Part shown: piece after piece, positions 1-9,542 of the stretch
Numbering within the stretch: the stretch's first letter is position 1
Layout: each line of letters opens with the position of its first letter
Source of the DNA: Sulfurihydrogenibium sp.
GTDB lineage: Bacteria > Aquificota > Aquificia > Aquificales > Hydrogenothermaceae
Assembly (NCBI GenBank): GCA_037442825.1
Contig: JBBIPN010000027.1
Location: forward strand, 1-15,902
Direction: 5' to 3'
DNA: 15,902 bases
Made by a program: the position numbers and the translations under genes
Notes under the pieces: model-generated
The model's input: the letters and a program-made list of their open reading frames with translations, nothing else
What the model was told of the DNA's origin: nothing
Databases searched by the model: none

Positions 1-301
1 AGATTTTGTAGGTAGCACAACACAGATTATAGAGTATGCTACAACATGTGATGCAGATACAGTTATAATAGGTACAGAAGTTGGTATAGAGCATGCCTTA
101 AAGAAAAAAAATCCAAATAAAAAGTATGTTTTTCCACAGGCTGCTGATTACTGTGGAGCTGTCCATTGTTGTGATATGAAAAAAAACACCCTTGAAAAGG
201 TCCTTCAAGTTTTAGAACAGGAGATTAACGAGATAAAACTACCAGAAGATATTATAGAAAAAGCAAAAATACCGTTAGAAAGAATGCTTTCTATCTCGTA
301 A
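1..301 (+). CDS. nadA: Quinolinate synthase NadA, C-terminal fragment (5' end lies outside the window)
   Basis: Manual translation of frame 2 (2..301, TAA at 299-301): DFVGSTTQIIEYA...VIIGTEVGIEHALKKKNPNKKYVFP...HCCDMKKNTLEKVLQVLE...AKIPLERMLSIS*. The GST..II, IGTE.G and C..MK.NTLE...LERML motifs are typical of the NadA C-terminus. Absent from the ORF track because it is truncated. Confidence 0.93.
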   Translation, partial: DFVGSTTQIIEYATTCDADTVIIGTEVGIEHALKKKNPNKKYVFPQAADYCGAVHCCDMKKNTLEKVLQVLEQEINEIKLPEDIIEKAKIPLERMLSIS

Positions 302-2996
302 AAAATTTATAAAACTCTTTTCTTATGCGATCCTTTGAAATTTTTATAGATAAGAAAAACTCATTATTGTTTAAATTAAATGAGTTTATTATCCTTTCTG
401 TTTGTTTGTCAAATTTTGATATTTTTGAACTACTACTTCCCTTTACAAGTCTCAACCTTGTTTCTACTTCTCTCAAGAATATATAATCATCCGCAATATC
501 TGGATTTAAATCAAGAAGCCCTTCTAATATGCCTGTTTTTCTTTGCTTTGTTTGAAGGTAGTAAAGTTGTACCATAAACTCAATATCTGCAATCCCACCT
601 TTACCAAGTTTAATATCTATCTCATTTTCTGTTTCTTTTGTTAATCCTTCAAGTTTCAATCTCATATCCAAAAGGTCTTCTTTTATATCCCTTGTTATTT
701 TTCTATTAAATAAAAAGCTGTTTACAATACTTTCAAAAGTATCTCTTAATTCTTCATCACCAACTATAAATCTTGATTTTGTCCATGCTAAAACTTCCCA
801 TGGTCTCGCTTCATTTTCAAAATATTTTTTATAGAATTCTAAACTTGGAGAAAGTTCTCCAGCTTTTCCATAAGGTCTCAATCTTAAATCAAGTTGATAC
901 AACTGTCCTTCTTTTGTGTATAAAGTTAGGTCTTTTACTATATTTTGTGGTATTTTGATATAGTTGAATTTTGATTCTTCATCTTTAAATACAAAAATCA
1001 AATCAAGGTCAGAACCAATATTCATCTCTCTACTTCCCAACTTTCCAAGTCCATATATAACAAAATCTTTACCTTCATTTGTTTTATAAAGATTTTCTAA
1101 AACAAAATCTGCTAAATTTGTAATAGTGTTGTTTAGTTTCTTTAACCTTGCAACTGAACTATGTGTCTTTATTTTTGCAAAATATTCGAGAGATGCTAAA
1201 ACTTCTACAACTTTTTTTAGTTTTTTTAATGCATCTACTTTATTTTCAAGATTTATTATCTTTAGTTCTTTTTCAAAATCTTCACTATCTACTAAAGGTC
1301 TAACGGTTAAAAATGCTAAATCTATAATTTCTTTATCTTTTGCCATTATGTTTGAAACATAATCTGAAGTCTGTGCAACTTCTATTATAAAATCTAGAAG
1401 TTTTGATTTTTCTTGAATTGCTGATATTAAAACTCTATAGATATTTCCTTCTATAAAGAATTTTACTAAATTTACTAAAAAGCTTTCTTTATCTGGACAG
1501 CTTTTTAAATATTTTTCCAATGTAGGTAAGAAATCTATAAGAACTTTTTTGTCTTTCTCTGGTAGAAGTATGTAACTTTCATTTTTAAACACAGAACCTA
1601 TTAAGTTTAATGCCCATGATGGATCTTTAAAGCCTACCTGAGTTAAAAAGTTTAATGCTTCTTCTTCTTGCTTTGAGATAACAAAACTTTGAAGTGGAGA
1701 AAGCTCAATACTTTCACCACCTAAGCTGTTGAATATTCTTTTTACTTCTCTTCTGTAGTATTCAAATGTATCTAAAAATTCTTTTTCTGATTTAAAACCT
1801 AACTTATTTACATACTCTGAAATTCTTTTTAAAGACATTATTTGAGTTTGAACACAGTTTTTAAGCTGTATAACATGTTCTAAGTTTCTTAAAAAGATAT
1901 AAGAATTTTTAAGTATTTCTCCATTTTCTTTTGAAATTAATCCTTTTTCTACTATCTTCCTTAAAGCTTTTACTGTTTCCCTTTCTCTCAATTCAACATC
2001 ATATCCACCATGAAGCAGTTGAAAAACTTGAACTATAAACTCTATCTCTCTAATACCACCTTCACATTTTTTAACATCTATCTCATCTGGATTTTTTGGT
2101 TTTGAGTGTTCTTCTATCATTTTTTTCATATTAAATATTTCATCTATAATATCTTTACTTAAACTTTTCCTATAGACGAAAGGAGTTATTATAGATAAAA
2201 ACTCTCTTGTTAGATTTTCATCACCTGCTGCGTGTCTTGCTTTTATAAGCATATGTCTTTCCCATGTCCTACCTACAGACCAGTAGTAATTTTCCAAAAA
2301 TGGTATACTGTAAGCTAAGAGCCCTTTTTTACCTTCAGGCCTTAAATCCAAATCTACATTCCAAGCAACTGTTTCTAAGTTTCTTTTTGTAAGATATACA
2401 GTTGTATCTGTAAAAACTTTAATAAAAAATTCTCTATTAGAAATACCTTTTTCTGTGTTTCCTTCTCCAGAGTAAATATACATAACATCTACATCAGAGT
2501 AGTAGTTTAGATCTGTCCCTCCATGTTTACCGAGTGCTATAATGCTACCTGTAGCAATATTTCCAGTAGTTTCATCTATTGGATTTCCAAACCTATTTTT
2601 ATACTTTTCAAAAGCCCTTTGATAAGCAGCTTCAAAAGATGCATCTGCAAGATAAGAATACTCTTCTGTAAGCTCTATAAGATTATGTTTTTTATATATA
2701 TCTTTTGCTACTATCCTTGAAAAATGTTTCATCTTAAAAAATGTTAATTTAGTTATAAATTCATCATCCTTAGGTATATCTTTAAAGGCTAATGCTTCTT
2801 CTACTAAAGCTTGTCTACCTAAAAGTGGTTTATTTATAGATTCTTTTATATAAAAAAGTTCCTCTGGATGTCTAAATATAAAATCTGAAATACATGAACT
2901 ATAGTAAGCCAACTTTTCAAGTAGTTTATAACTTTCACTATCTAAGCTATCTAAAAAATCTCTTTTTAACGTTTCAAATTTATGTAAAACACTCAT
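291..2996 (-). CDS. glnE: Bifunctional glutamine synthetase adenylyltransferase/adenylyl-removing enzyme
   Basis: 901 aa with two nucleotidyltransferase domains: ALGKHGGTDLNYYSDVD...VDLDLRPEG...GGIREIEF and GLGKLGSREMNIGSDLD...LDLRLRPYG...GGIADIEF. GGAG RBS on the minus strand at 3004-3007. Confidence 0.95.
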   Translation of the reverse strand: MSVLHKFETLKRDFLDSLDSESYKLLEKLAYYSSCISDFIFRHPEELFYIKESINKPLLGRQALVEEALAFKDIPKDDEFITKLTFFKMKHFSRIVAKDIYKKHNLIELTEEYSYLADASFEAAYQRAFEKYKNRFGNPIDETTGNIATGSIIALGKHGGTDLNYYSDVDVMYIYSGEGNTEKGISNREFFIKVFTDTTVYLTKRNLETVAWNVDLDLRPEGKKGLLAYSIPFLENYYWSVGRTWERHMLIKARHAAGDENLTREFLSIITPFVYRKSLSKDIIDEIFNMKKMIEEHSKPKNPDEIDVKKCEGGIREIEFIVQVFQLLHGGYDVELRERETVKALRKIVEKGLISKENGEILKNSYIFLRNLEHVIQLKNCVQTQIMSLKRISEYVNKLGFKSEKEFLDTFEYYRREVKRIFNSLGGESIELSPLQSFVISKQEEEALNFLTQVGFKDPSWALNLIGSVFKNESYILLPEKDKKVLIDFLPTLEKYLKSCPDKESFLVNLVKFFIEGNIYRVLISAIQEKSKLLDFIIEVAQTSDYVSNIMAKDKEIIDLAFLTVRPLVDSEDFEKELKIINLENKVDALKKLKKVVEVLASLEYFAKIKTHSSVARLKKLNNTITNLADFVLENLYKTNEGKDFVIYGLGKLGSREMNIGSDLDLIFVFKDEESKFNYIKIPQNIVKDLTLYTKEGQLYQLDLRLRPYGKAGELSPSLEFYKKYFENEARPWEVLAWTKSRFIVGDEELRDTFESIVNSFLFNRKITRDIKEDLLDMRLKLEGLTKETENEIDIKLGKGGIADIEFMVQLYYLQTKQRKTGILEGLLDLNPDIADDYIFLREVETRLRLVKGSSSSKISKFDKQTERIINSFNLNNNEFFLSIKISKDRIRKEFYKFFTR

Positions 2997-3010
2997 CCGA
3001 TTACTCCAAG

Positions 3011-3035
3011 TTATGATAAACTAATTTTATCATAA
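3011..3035. promoter_or_regulatory. Perfect 10-bp inverted repeat (TTATGATAAA-N5-TTTATCATAA) in the 57-bp divergent intergenic region; candidate operator or symmetric promoter
   Basis: 3011-3020 TTATGATAAA and 3026-3035 TTTATCATAA are exact reverse complements. Each arm contains a TATGAT -10-like hexamer on its own strand. Function is inferred. Confidence 0.5.
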
Positions 3036-3053
3036 GTTTATAAAGGTTAATAA

Positions 3054-3686
3054 ATGCTTGAATATTTTATGATTGTTTTAGGTGGTTTTTTAGGTTCTTA
3101 CCACTGTATAGGTATGTGTGGTGCTATACCTTCTTTAATTCTATACAAAAATTTTTGGTTTGGAAATATTCTCTACAATTTAGGAAGATTGTTTACTTAC
3201 TCTTTTCTTGGATTTTTAGCTGGCTTGGTTGGAATGTACTTTCACAGCTTAGAGTTTCAGTATATACAAAAATCGTTATCTATCTTTTTTGGTTTAGTTA
3301 TGATTTTTTTTGGTTTGCAGATTGCTGGCAGTATTAAGGAAAAAGGTGTTATTTTCTTAGATGTTATATTTACAGCTATCTCAGAAATTATTTATAGTTT
3401 TAGACAGTCTCCATTTTTTTTAGGACTTTTTAATGGGTTTTTACCTTGCCCACTTGTCTATGCATTTTTAACAAAAGCAGTTTTAGATAAAGATCCATTT
3501 AAAGGTATGTTAACTATGTTTTTGTTTGGTTTAGGTACAGTTCCCGCTATGTTGTTTTCATCAACACTTTTAAAAAACATTTCTCCATCTCTTAGAAAAA
3601 ATTTAATTAGACTTGCTGGTATCATTGTTATACTTTTTGGTATATGGATAATACTTAGAGGTTTTGGTATAGAACATCATCATTAA
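3054..3686 (+). CDS. DsbD_2 / TauE-SafE-like (UreH-like) multi-pass membrane protein
   Basis: 210 aa, hydrophobic with about 6 TM segments. Carries GS.HCIGMCG, YNLGRLFTYS, GLFNGFLPCPLVY and FGLGTVP motifs typical of the DsbD_2 family, and ends in HHH. Confidence 0.85.
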   Translation: MLEYFMIVLGGFLGSYHCIGMCGAIPSLILYKNFWFGNILYNLGRLFTYSFLGFLAGLVGMYFHSLEFQYIQKSLSIFFGLVMIFFGLQIAGSIKEKGVIFLDVIFTAISEIIYSFRQSPFFLGLFNGFLPCPLVYAFLTKAVLDKDPFKGMLTMFLFGLGTVPAMLFSSTLLKNISPSLRKNLIRLAGIIVILFGIWIILRGFGIEHHH

Positions 3687-3701
3687 CAAAGGAGTTTTAA
3701 A

Positions 3702-5096
3702 ATGATAGTTAGATCTTTTGGTGGTGTAGAAGGTGTAACTGGTTCGTGTCATTTAGTTAAAGTAGGACATTTGAATGTCTTAGTTGATTGTGGGATGTTT
3801 CAAGGAATTGATGAAGATAAAAACTATGAACCATTTAGATTCAATCCAGAAGATATAGATTACCTTATTCTTACCCATTCTCATATTGACCATATTGGAA
3901 GAGTACCCCTTATTGTAAAAAAAGGATTTAAAGGTAAGATTATATGCACTAAACCAACTTATCATCTTGCAAGAATAATGCTTTTAGATGCAGCAAAAGT
4001 AATGAAAGAAGAATATAAAGTAAACTACAAGAAAGCCTTAAGAAAAGGTAAACCAGAAGAAGTAAAACCTACCTTATATGATGATGATGATGTTTTTTAT
4101 GCTATGGAATTTTTTAAAATAATGTTAGATTATGATCAAGAGTATAGTTTATCAAAAGATATTAAAATCGTTTTTAGAAATGCTGGTCATATTCTTGGTT
4201 CTGCTTATTTAGAGATGTATTTTAAAGAAGATAATAAAACCAAAAAAGTTATATTCTCTGGAGATTTAGGAACTGATAATAAATTGGTAATTAAAGATAT
4301 AGAATATCCAACATATGCAGACGTAATTTTTATAGAGTCTACTTATGGGAATAGAAACCATAAAACTTTAGAAGAAAGTATAAATGAGTTTAAAACAGCT
4401 ATAATTGAAAGTTTTAAAGGTGGAGGAAATATCGTTATCCCTACATTTGCATTAGAGAGAGCACAGGAGATTCTTTTTTTACTTAGAAAGATGTATGACA
4501 ATGGAGAACTTCCACAATGTAAAATTTTTTTAGACAGTCCATTAGCAATATCTGCAACAAAACTTTTCTTACAGTTTTCAAACCATCTAAATGGTGAGGT
4601 TAAAAAGATGTTAAATGAAGGAAAAAATCCATTTGTGTTTCCATGGGTATACTTTACAGAATCTCCAGAAGAATCAAAAAGAATAAACGATATAGAATCT
4701 GGAGCTATAATATTGGCTGGAAGTGGTATGTGTAATGGTGGAAGAATAAAACACCATCTTAAACATAACCTATGGAGAGAAAACTCATCTATAATTTTCA
4801 TTGGTTATCAAGCACAAGAAACACTTGGAAGAAAGATAGTAGATGGAGCTAAATATATTAAAATTTATGGAGAAGATATTATAGTTAAAGCTAAAATCTA
4901 CACTATAAACGGATTTTCTGCCCATGCTGACCAAAATGGATTACTTAATTTTATTAAAAAAACAAAAGGATTAGAAAATATTTTTATAATTCATGGAGAA
5001 CCTGAAATTATGAAAGTTTTTAAAGAGAAGATAAAAGAAGAGACAAATTTAGATCCACATATAGTAGAAAGATATGAAAATATACATATTACGTAA
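3702..5096 (+). CDS. MBL-fold metallo-hydrolase of the beta-CASP family (putative RNase)
   Basis: Motifs VTGSCHL, DCGMFQG, THSHIDHIG (HxHxDH), AGHILGS, SGDLG, ESTYG, FSAHAD and IHGE. AAGGAG RBS upstream. Confidence 0.92.
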   Translation: MIVRSFGGVEGVTGSCHLVKVGHLNVLVDCGMFQGIDEDKNYEPFRFNPEDIDYLILTHSHIDHIGRVPLIVKKGFKGKIICTKPTYHLARIMLLDAAKVMKEEYKVNYKKALRKGKPEEVKPTLYDDDDVFYAMEFFKIMLDYDQEYSLSKDIKIVFRNAGHILGSAYLEMYFKEDNKTKKVIFSGDLGTDNKLVIKDIEYPTYADVIFIESTYGNRNHKTLEESINEFKTAIIESFKGGGNIVIPTFALERAQEILFLLRKMYDNGELPQCKIFLDSPLAISATKLFLQFSNHLNGEVKKMLNEGKNPFVFPWVYFTESPEESKRINDIESGAIILAGSGMCNGGRIKHHLKHNLWRENSSIIFIGYQAQETLGRKIVDGAKYIKIYGEDIIVKAKIYTINGFSAHADQNGLLNFIKKTKGLENIFIIHGEPEIMKVFKEKIKEETNLDPHIVERYENIHIT

Positions 5097-5123
5097 TAAT
5101 TTTATTAAGTAGGAGGTAAAAGA

Positions 5124-5924
5124 ATGTTTGATTTGGAAAAATTTTTAGAGAATGATAAGCTTGTTATTGGTGGAAAAGCGTTTAAATCAAGATTAATAGT
5201 AGGTTCTGGAAAGTATAAAGATTTTCAACAAACAAAAGAAGCTACAGAAGCTTCTGGTGCAGAAATAATAACTGTCGCTGTTAGAAGAGTTAATATAACT
5301 GATCCTAACCAAGACAACCTACTAAATTATATAGATACTTCAAAAATAATGATTTTACCAAACACAGCTGGATGTTATACAGCAGAAGAGGCAGTTTTAA
5401 CAGCTAAACTTGCACGAGAAGCGTTAGGACATGGTTTTGTTAAGTTGGAGGTGATAGGAGATCAAAAAACATTATATCCAGATATGGTAGAAACCTTAAA
5501 AGCAGCTGAAATATTAGTAAAAGAAGGTTTTACTGTTTTACCATATATAACGGATGACCCAATAATGGCTAAAAGATTTGAGGATATAGGTTGTGCAGCT
5601 GTGATGCCATTGGCAGCACCTATTGGTTCTGGACTTGGCTTACAAAATCCATACAACATTTTATTTATAAAAGAAGCTGTAAAAGTACCAGTTATAGTAG
5701 ATGCTGGAATAGGTACAGCATCAGATGCTGCTATCGTTATGGAACTTGGAGTAGATGGTGTTTTAATGAATACAGCTATAGCACAAGCAAAAGATCCTAT
5801 AAAAATGGCAGTTGCAATGAAACATGCAGTTATAGCTGGTAGATTAGCATACTTAGCTGGAAGAATACCTAAAAAAATGTATGCTTCTGCATCATCACCT
5901 TTAGAAGGCATAATAGGAAGATAA
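5124..5924 (+). CDS. thiG: Thiazole synthase ThiG
   Basis: [31 protein letters not shown] (Schiff-base Lys), [29 protein letters not shown]. Confidence 0.98.
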   Translation: MFDLEKFLENDKLVIGGKAFKSRLIVGSGKYKDFQQTKEATEASGAEIITVAVRRVNITDPNQDNLLNYIDTSKIMILPNTAGCYTAEEAVLTAKLAREALGHGFVKLEVIGDQKTLYPDMVETLKAAEILVKEGFTVLPYITDDPIMAKRFEDIGCAAVMPLAAPIGSGLGLQNPYNILFIKEAVKVPVIVDAGIGTASDAAIVMELGVDGVLMNTAIAQAKDPIKMAVAMKHAVIAGRLAYLAGRIPKKMYASASSPLEGIIGR

Positions 5925-5934
5925 GGAGAGAATA

Positions 5935-6966
5935 GTGTCAGAATTAAGATACAACTATCTTAAAGATAAATGGGTTATAATCTCCCCAGAAAGGGCTATG
6001 AGACCCCATGATTACAATGTATCGATATATGAAGAAGAGATAGATTTAAAAAAATGTCCTTTTGAGTATGGAAATGAAGATAAAACACCACCTGAAATTT
6101 TTGCGATAAGGTCTGATAACTCTTTACCAAACACACCTGGTTGGAAGGTAAGAGTTATTCCAAATAAATACCCAGCTTTAAGAATAGAAAACAATCCATC
6201 TCGGGAAGGAAATTTTATATTTGAGAAAATTGGTGGATTTGGTGCCCATGAAGTAATAGTAGATACACCAGATCATTTTAAACATATTCAAGATTTCAAT
6301 GAAGAAGATTTTTACTATATGTTATTGGCTTTTAAAGAAAGAGTTTCTGCTTTATATAGAGATTTACGTATTAAATATGTCCACATATTTAAAAATCATG
6401 GTAGAGAAGCTGGGAAAAGTATCGTTCATTCCCATAGTCAAATTATAGCTCTTCCAACAATACCTAAACTGCAAAAAACAATGTTGATACAATCAAAAAA
6501 ATACTATTTAGAAAGAGAAAGATGCTATTTATGTGATGAAATTGATGCAGAAATAGAAGCTGGGAAAAGAGTTTTATATCAAAATGATAGTTTTATATCA
6601 TACTGCTCTTACAGTAGTTTATTCCCATTTGAAATTAAAATAGTTCCAAAGCTTCATAATCATGATTTTACTTCTATAACAGATAAAGATATAAAAGAAC
6701 TTGGGGAAGTTTTACAGTACAGCATTAGAAAACTTCATAAAACACTTATAAATCCACCATTTAACTTAGTCTTCTATACATCTCCACCTGTTAGGAACTC
6801 ATTGGTAGATGAAGACATATATAAAGGATTAGATAGATACTTCCATTGGCATATTGAAATTTTACCAAGGATAACGACACTTGCAGGATTTGAACTTGGA
6901 ACCGATTATTATATAAATCCTACACCACCAGAGGAGGCAGTTAAATATTTAAATGAGGTGATTTAA
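5935..6966 (+). CDS. GalT-like (HIT-superfamily) hexose-1-phosphate nucleotidyltransferase / possible ADP-glucose phosphorylase
   Basis: GTG start with AAGGAG RBS. MSELRYN...WVIISPERAMRP, VRVIPNKYPAL, GAHEVIV, FKNHGREAGKSIVHSHSQ (HxHxQ), CYLC, FHWHIEILPR, AGFELGT. The fold is clear but the substrate is not. Confidence 0.88.
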   Translation: MSELRYNYLKDKWVIISPERAMRPHDYNVSIYEEEIDLKKCPFEYGNEDKTPPEIFAIRSDNSLPNTPGWKVRVIPNKYPALRIENNPSREGNFIFEKIGGFGAHEVIVDTPDHFKHIQDFNEEDFYYMLLAFKERVSALYRDLRIKYVHIFKNHGREAGKSIVHSHSQIIALPTIPKLQKTMLIQSKKYYLERERCYLCDEIDAEIEAGKRVLYQNDSFISYCSYSSLFPFEIKIVPKLHNHDFTSITDKDIKELGEVLQYSIRKLHKTLINPPFNLVFYTSPPVRNSLVDEDIYKGLDRYFHWHIEILPRITTLAGFELGTDYYINPTPPEEAVKYLNEVI

Positions 6967-8397
6967 ATGAAGGTTGTTTTTGTTTCAAGTGAGATTTACC
7001 CATTTGCAAAAACAGGTGGTTTAGCTGATATATCTGGTGCATTACCACTTAAATTAGCAAAAGAAGGTATAAGAACTATTGCTTTTATGCCATTGTATAA
7101 AACCGTTGATATTGATAAACATGGTTTAAAGAAAACAGATATTAATATAGATCTTCATTTAAATGGAAAAGTTTATACCTTTGAAGTTTTAAAAAAAACA
7201 GACTCTGTTTCCTTTTTCTTTATTAAAAATGATGAACTTTTTGGAAGAGATTATTTATACGGTCCACCCGAAGGAGACTATCCAGATAACGATATAAGAT
7301 TTGGAGCTTTTTCATATGCTGTTATGGAGTTTATAAAAAGAGAAAATATAAACCCAGATATAATCCATGTTAATGATTGGCAATCTACATTGATACCTGT
7401 TTTAAACTATGATAAATATAACTTACATCATGTAAAAACCATTTTAACTATTCATAACTTAGCCTATCAAGGAATATTTGATAAATTTACCGTAGAAAGA
7501 CTAAACTTAGGATGGCATCTTTTCCATATGGAAGCATTAGAATTTTACGATAAATTAAACTTTTTAAAAGGTGGGATTGTATTTAGTTCAGCTATAACTA
7601 CTGTAAGTCCAAATTATGCAAAAGAGATATGTACACCAGAATATGGTCATGGATTAGATGGTGTATTAAAAAAGTACTCTAACAAATTATTTGGGATAAT
7701 AAACGGCATAGATTACAATGTCTGGAACCCAGAAACAGATAAACATATATATGAAAATTTTTGTTCTTACACTTTATCTAAAAAATCTTTAAATAAGAAA
7801 CTATTTTTAAAAGAGACAGGATTAGATGAAAATAAACCTTTATTTATATTCGTAGGAAGATTTGCTCAACAAAAAGGTATAGATATAATCAAGGAAAGCT
7901 TAGAGAACTTATCAAAAATGCCACTAAATTTAGTTATTTTAGGCAGTGGAGATAAATATTATAACGATTTCTTTAACTCAGTAAAAGATAAGTATGAAAA
8001 TATATACATAAAAGTTGGATATGATGAGCCTTTTAGTAGAAAAATGTATGCTGCAGCTGATTTTCTATTAATGCCTTCTTTATTTGAACCTTGTGGATTA
8101 AATCAGATGATAGCAATGAGATATGGAACGTTGGTTATAGCAAGGTCAACAGGAGGATTAAAAGATACAGTAAAAGATATTTCACAAGAAGGTGGTTATG
8201 GAATACTTTTTGATAATTCGTCAAAAGAAGATTTTTTAAATGCTATAAACAGAGGACTTGATTTATATAGAAATAAAGAAATATTTTCATCATTACAACA
8301 AAAAGTTATGGACATAGATTTTTCAATAGAAAATACAGCAAGAAAATATATTAAGTTGTATGAAAGTTTAAAGTATGGTAAAGAGGTAGAGTTATGA
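6967..8397 (+). CDS. glgA: Glycogen synthase (GT5)
   Basis: [14 protein letters not shown] (KxGGL), [52 protein letters not shown]. Confidence 0.97.
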   Translation: MKVVFVSSEIYPFAKTGGLADISGALPLKLAKEGIRTIAFMPLYKTVDIDKHGLKKTDINIDLHLNGKVYTFEVLKKTDSVSFFFIKNDELFGRDYLYGPPEGDYPDNDIRFGAFSYAVMEFIKRENINPDIIHVNDWQSTLIPVLNYDKYNLHHVKTILTIHNLAYQGIFDKFTVERLNLGWHLFHMEALEFYDKLNFLKGGIVFSSAITTVSPNYAKEICTPEYGHGLDGVLKKYSNKLFGIINGIDYNVWNPETDKHIYENFCSYTLSKKSLNKKLFLKETGLDENKPLFIFVGRFAQQKGIDIIKESLENLSKMPLNLVILGSGDKYYNDFFNSVKDKYENIYIKVGYDEPFSRKMYAAADFLLMPSLFEPCGLNQMIAMRYGTLVIARSTGGLKDTVKDISQEGGYGILFDNSSKEDFLNAINRGLDLYRNKEIFSSLQQKVMDIDFSIENTARKYIKLYESLKYGKEVEL

Positions 8398-8906
8398 AAG
8401 AAACAATTCAGATGAGTTTAAAAGAAGACAATCCTTCAAGCCATATTATATTAAAAACAGAAGAGATCTTTGATATCAAAACAGAAGATTATAATATTCC
8501 TTCTAACTTTAACCAAAAGATTATAAATGTACTACCAGTAGACCCAAGAAAGTTCTTTTTATACTGGGATACAGACAAAGATTACAAAAGTATGATGATA
8601 AAACTATATGTAGAAGATAAAGAGGTTATATCTACAAATGTTTATAACAGATATGGTAGTTTATATTTACATTATCATGCACCATTTAAAAAAGTTTACG
8701 CTACTTTAACGTTAGATCATGAAATTATAATAAAATCTAATGAGATAGTAGCCCCTTCTGATGTTTTAAATTATGAAGAAGAAGAATTGTGGTATAATAA
8801 AGACGAAAATATTTATACTAAAAAACAAACACCAATAAAAAAAGAGGAGTTAATGGAGATTTTTAGTATAGACATAAATAAAAACAAATCTCCTTCATCA
8901 TTCTAA
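8394..8906 (+). CDS. DUF4912-like protein
   Basis: 170 aa with ATGA overlap with glgA. The segment [25 protein letters not shown]...[10 protein letters not shown] resembles the DUF4912 pattern as recalled (LP..Y....I.L...DP...Y.YW...SN.V..P). No HMM search was run. Confidence 0.7.
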   Translation: MKETIQMSLKEDNPSSHIILKTEEIFDIKTEDYNIPSNFNQKIINVLPVDPRKFFLYWDTDKDYKSMMIKLYVEDKEVISTNVYNRYGSLYLHYHAPFKKVYATLTLDHEIIIKSNEIVAPSDVLNYEEEELWYNKDENIYTKKQTPIKKEELMEIFSIDINKNKSPSSF

Positions 8907-9542
8907 ATGAACAATTTAAAAAACTTCCTAAAAGTCTTAAAAGATTTAGATTTCGAAGAAATAATAATAGACAGGCCAATAGAGTTTATAAGTAAAAAGA
9001 AAGAAATAGAAAAAATATATGAAGAAGTTAAAAACTGTACAAAATGTGAACTTTACAAAAGTAGAACAAATGTAGTACTAGGAGAAGGTAATTTAGATGC
9101 TGAGATTATGTTTATTGGTGAAGCACCAGGCCAGGAAGAAGATAAACAAGGAAGACCTTTTGTTGGTAGAGCAGGACAACTTCTTACAAAATGTATAGAA
9201 GAAGCCAGACATAAAAGAGAAGATGTTTATATAGCAAATATAAATAAATGTAGACCACCAAACAATAGAACACCAAAATTGGAAGAACAACAAGCTTGTG
9301 TCCCATACCTTTTAAGACAGATAGAAATAATAAATCCAAAGGTTTTATGTTTACTTGGTTCAACAGCATATACTGGATTGTTCCAAAAAGATATAAGAAT
9401 AACAAAAGAAAGAGGAAAAATTTTAGATTTTAATGGCAGAAAAGTTTATATAACCTATCATCCTGCATATGTATTAAGAAATCCAAAAGAAGAACAAACT
9501 TTTTGTAATGATATAAAAAATTGCTTTGAGCTTTTAAAATGA
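8907..9542 (+). CDS. Family-4 uracil-DNA glycosylase (4Fe-4S)
   Basis: [38 protein letters not shown] and [10 protein letters not shown], with four Fe-S-type Cys. Confidence 0.95.
   Translation: MNNLKNFLKVLKDLDFEEIIIDRPIEFISKKKEIEKIYEEVKNCTKCELYKSRTNVVLGEGNLDAEIMFIGEAPGQEEDKQGRPFVGRAGQLLTKCIEEARHKREDVYIANINKCRPPNNRTPKLEEQQACVPYLLRQIEIINPKVLCLLGSTAYTGLFQKDIRITKERGKILDFNGRKVYITYHPAYVLRNPKEEQTFCNDIKNCFELLK

Noticed and set aside
380..2720. Four short plus-strand ORFs (61-78 aa) opposite glnE
   Set aside because: Alternative-start ORFs antisense to a conserved gene; their hydrophobic look comes from the T-rich complement of Lys/Glu codons.
4080..4091. (GAT)4 microsatellite and various A/T homopolymer runs of 7-9 nt
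   Set aside because: The repeat encodes DDDD in frame. Such runs are expected in an AT-rich genome and all reading frames are intact, so there is no evidence of phase variation.
4343..4801. 152-aa antisense ORF inside the beta-CASP gene
   Set aside because: Fully nested opposite a well-supported gene, with Ser/Phe/Ile-rich shadow composition and no motif.
5462..5911. 149-aa antisense ORF inside thiG
   Set aside because: It mirrors the thiG codon frame and has no recognisable motif; a typical shadow ORF of a conserved gene.
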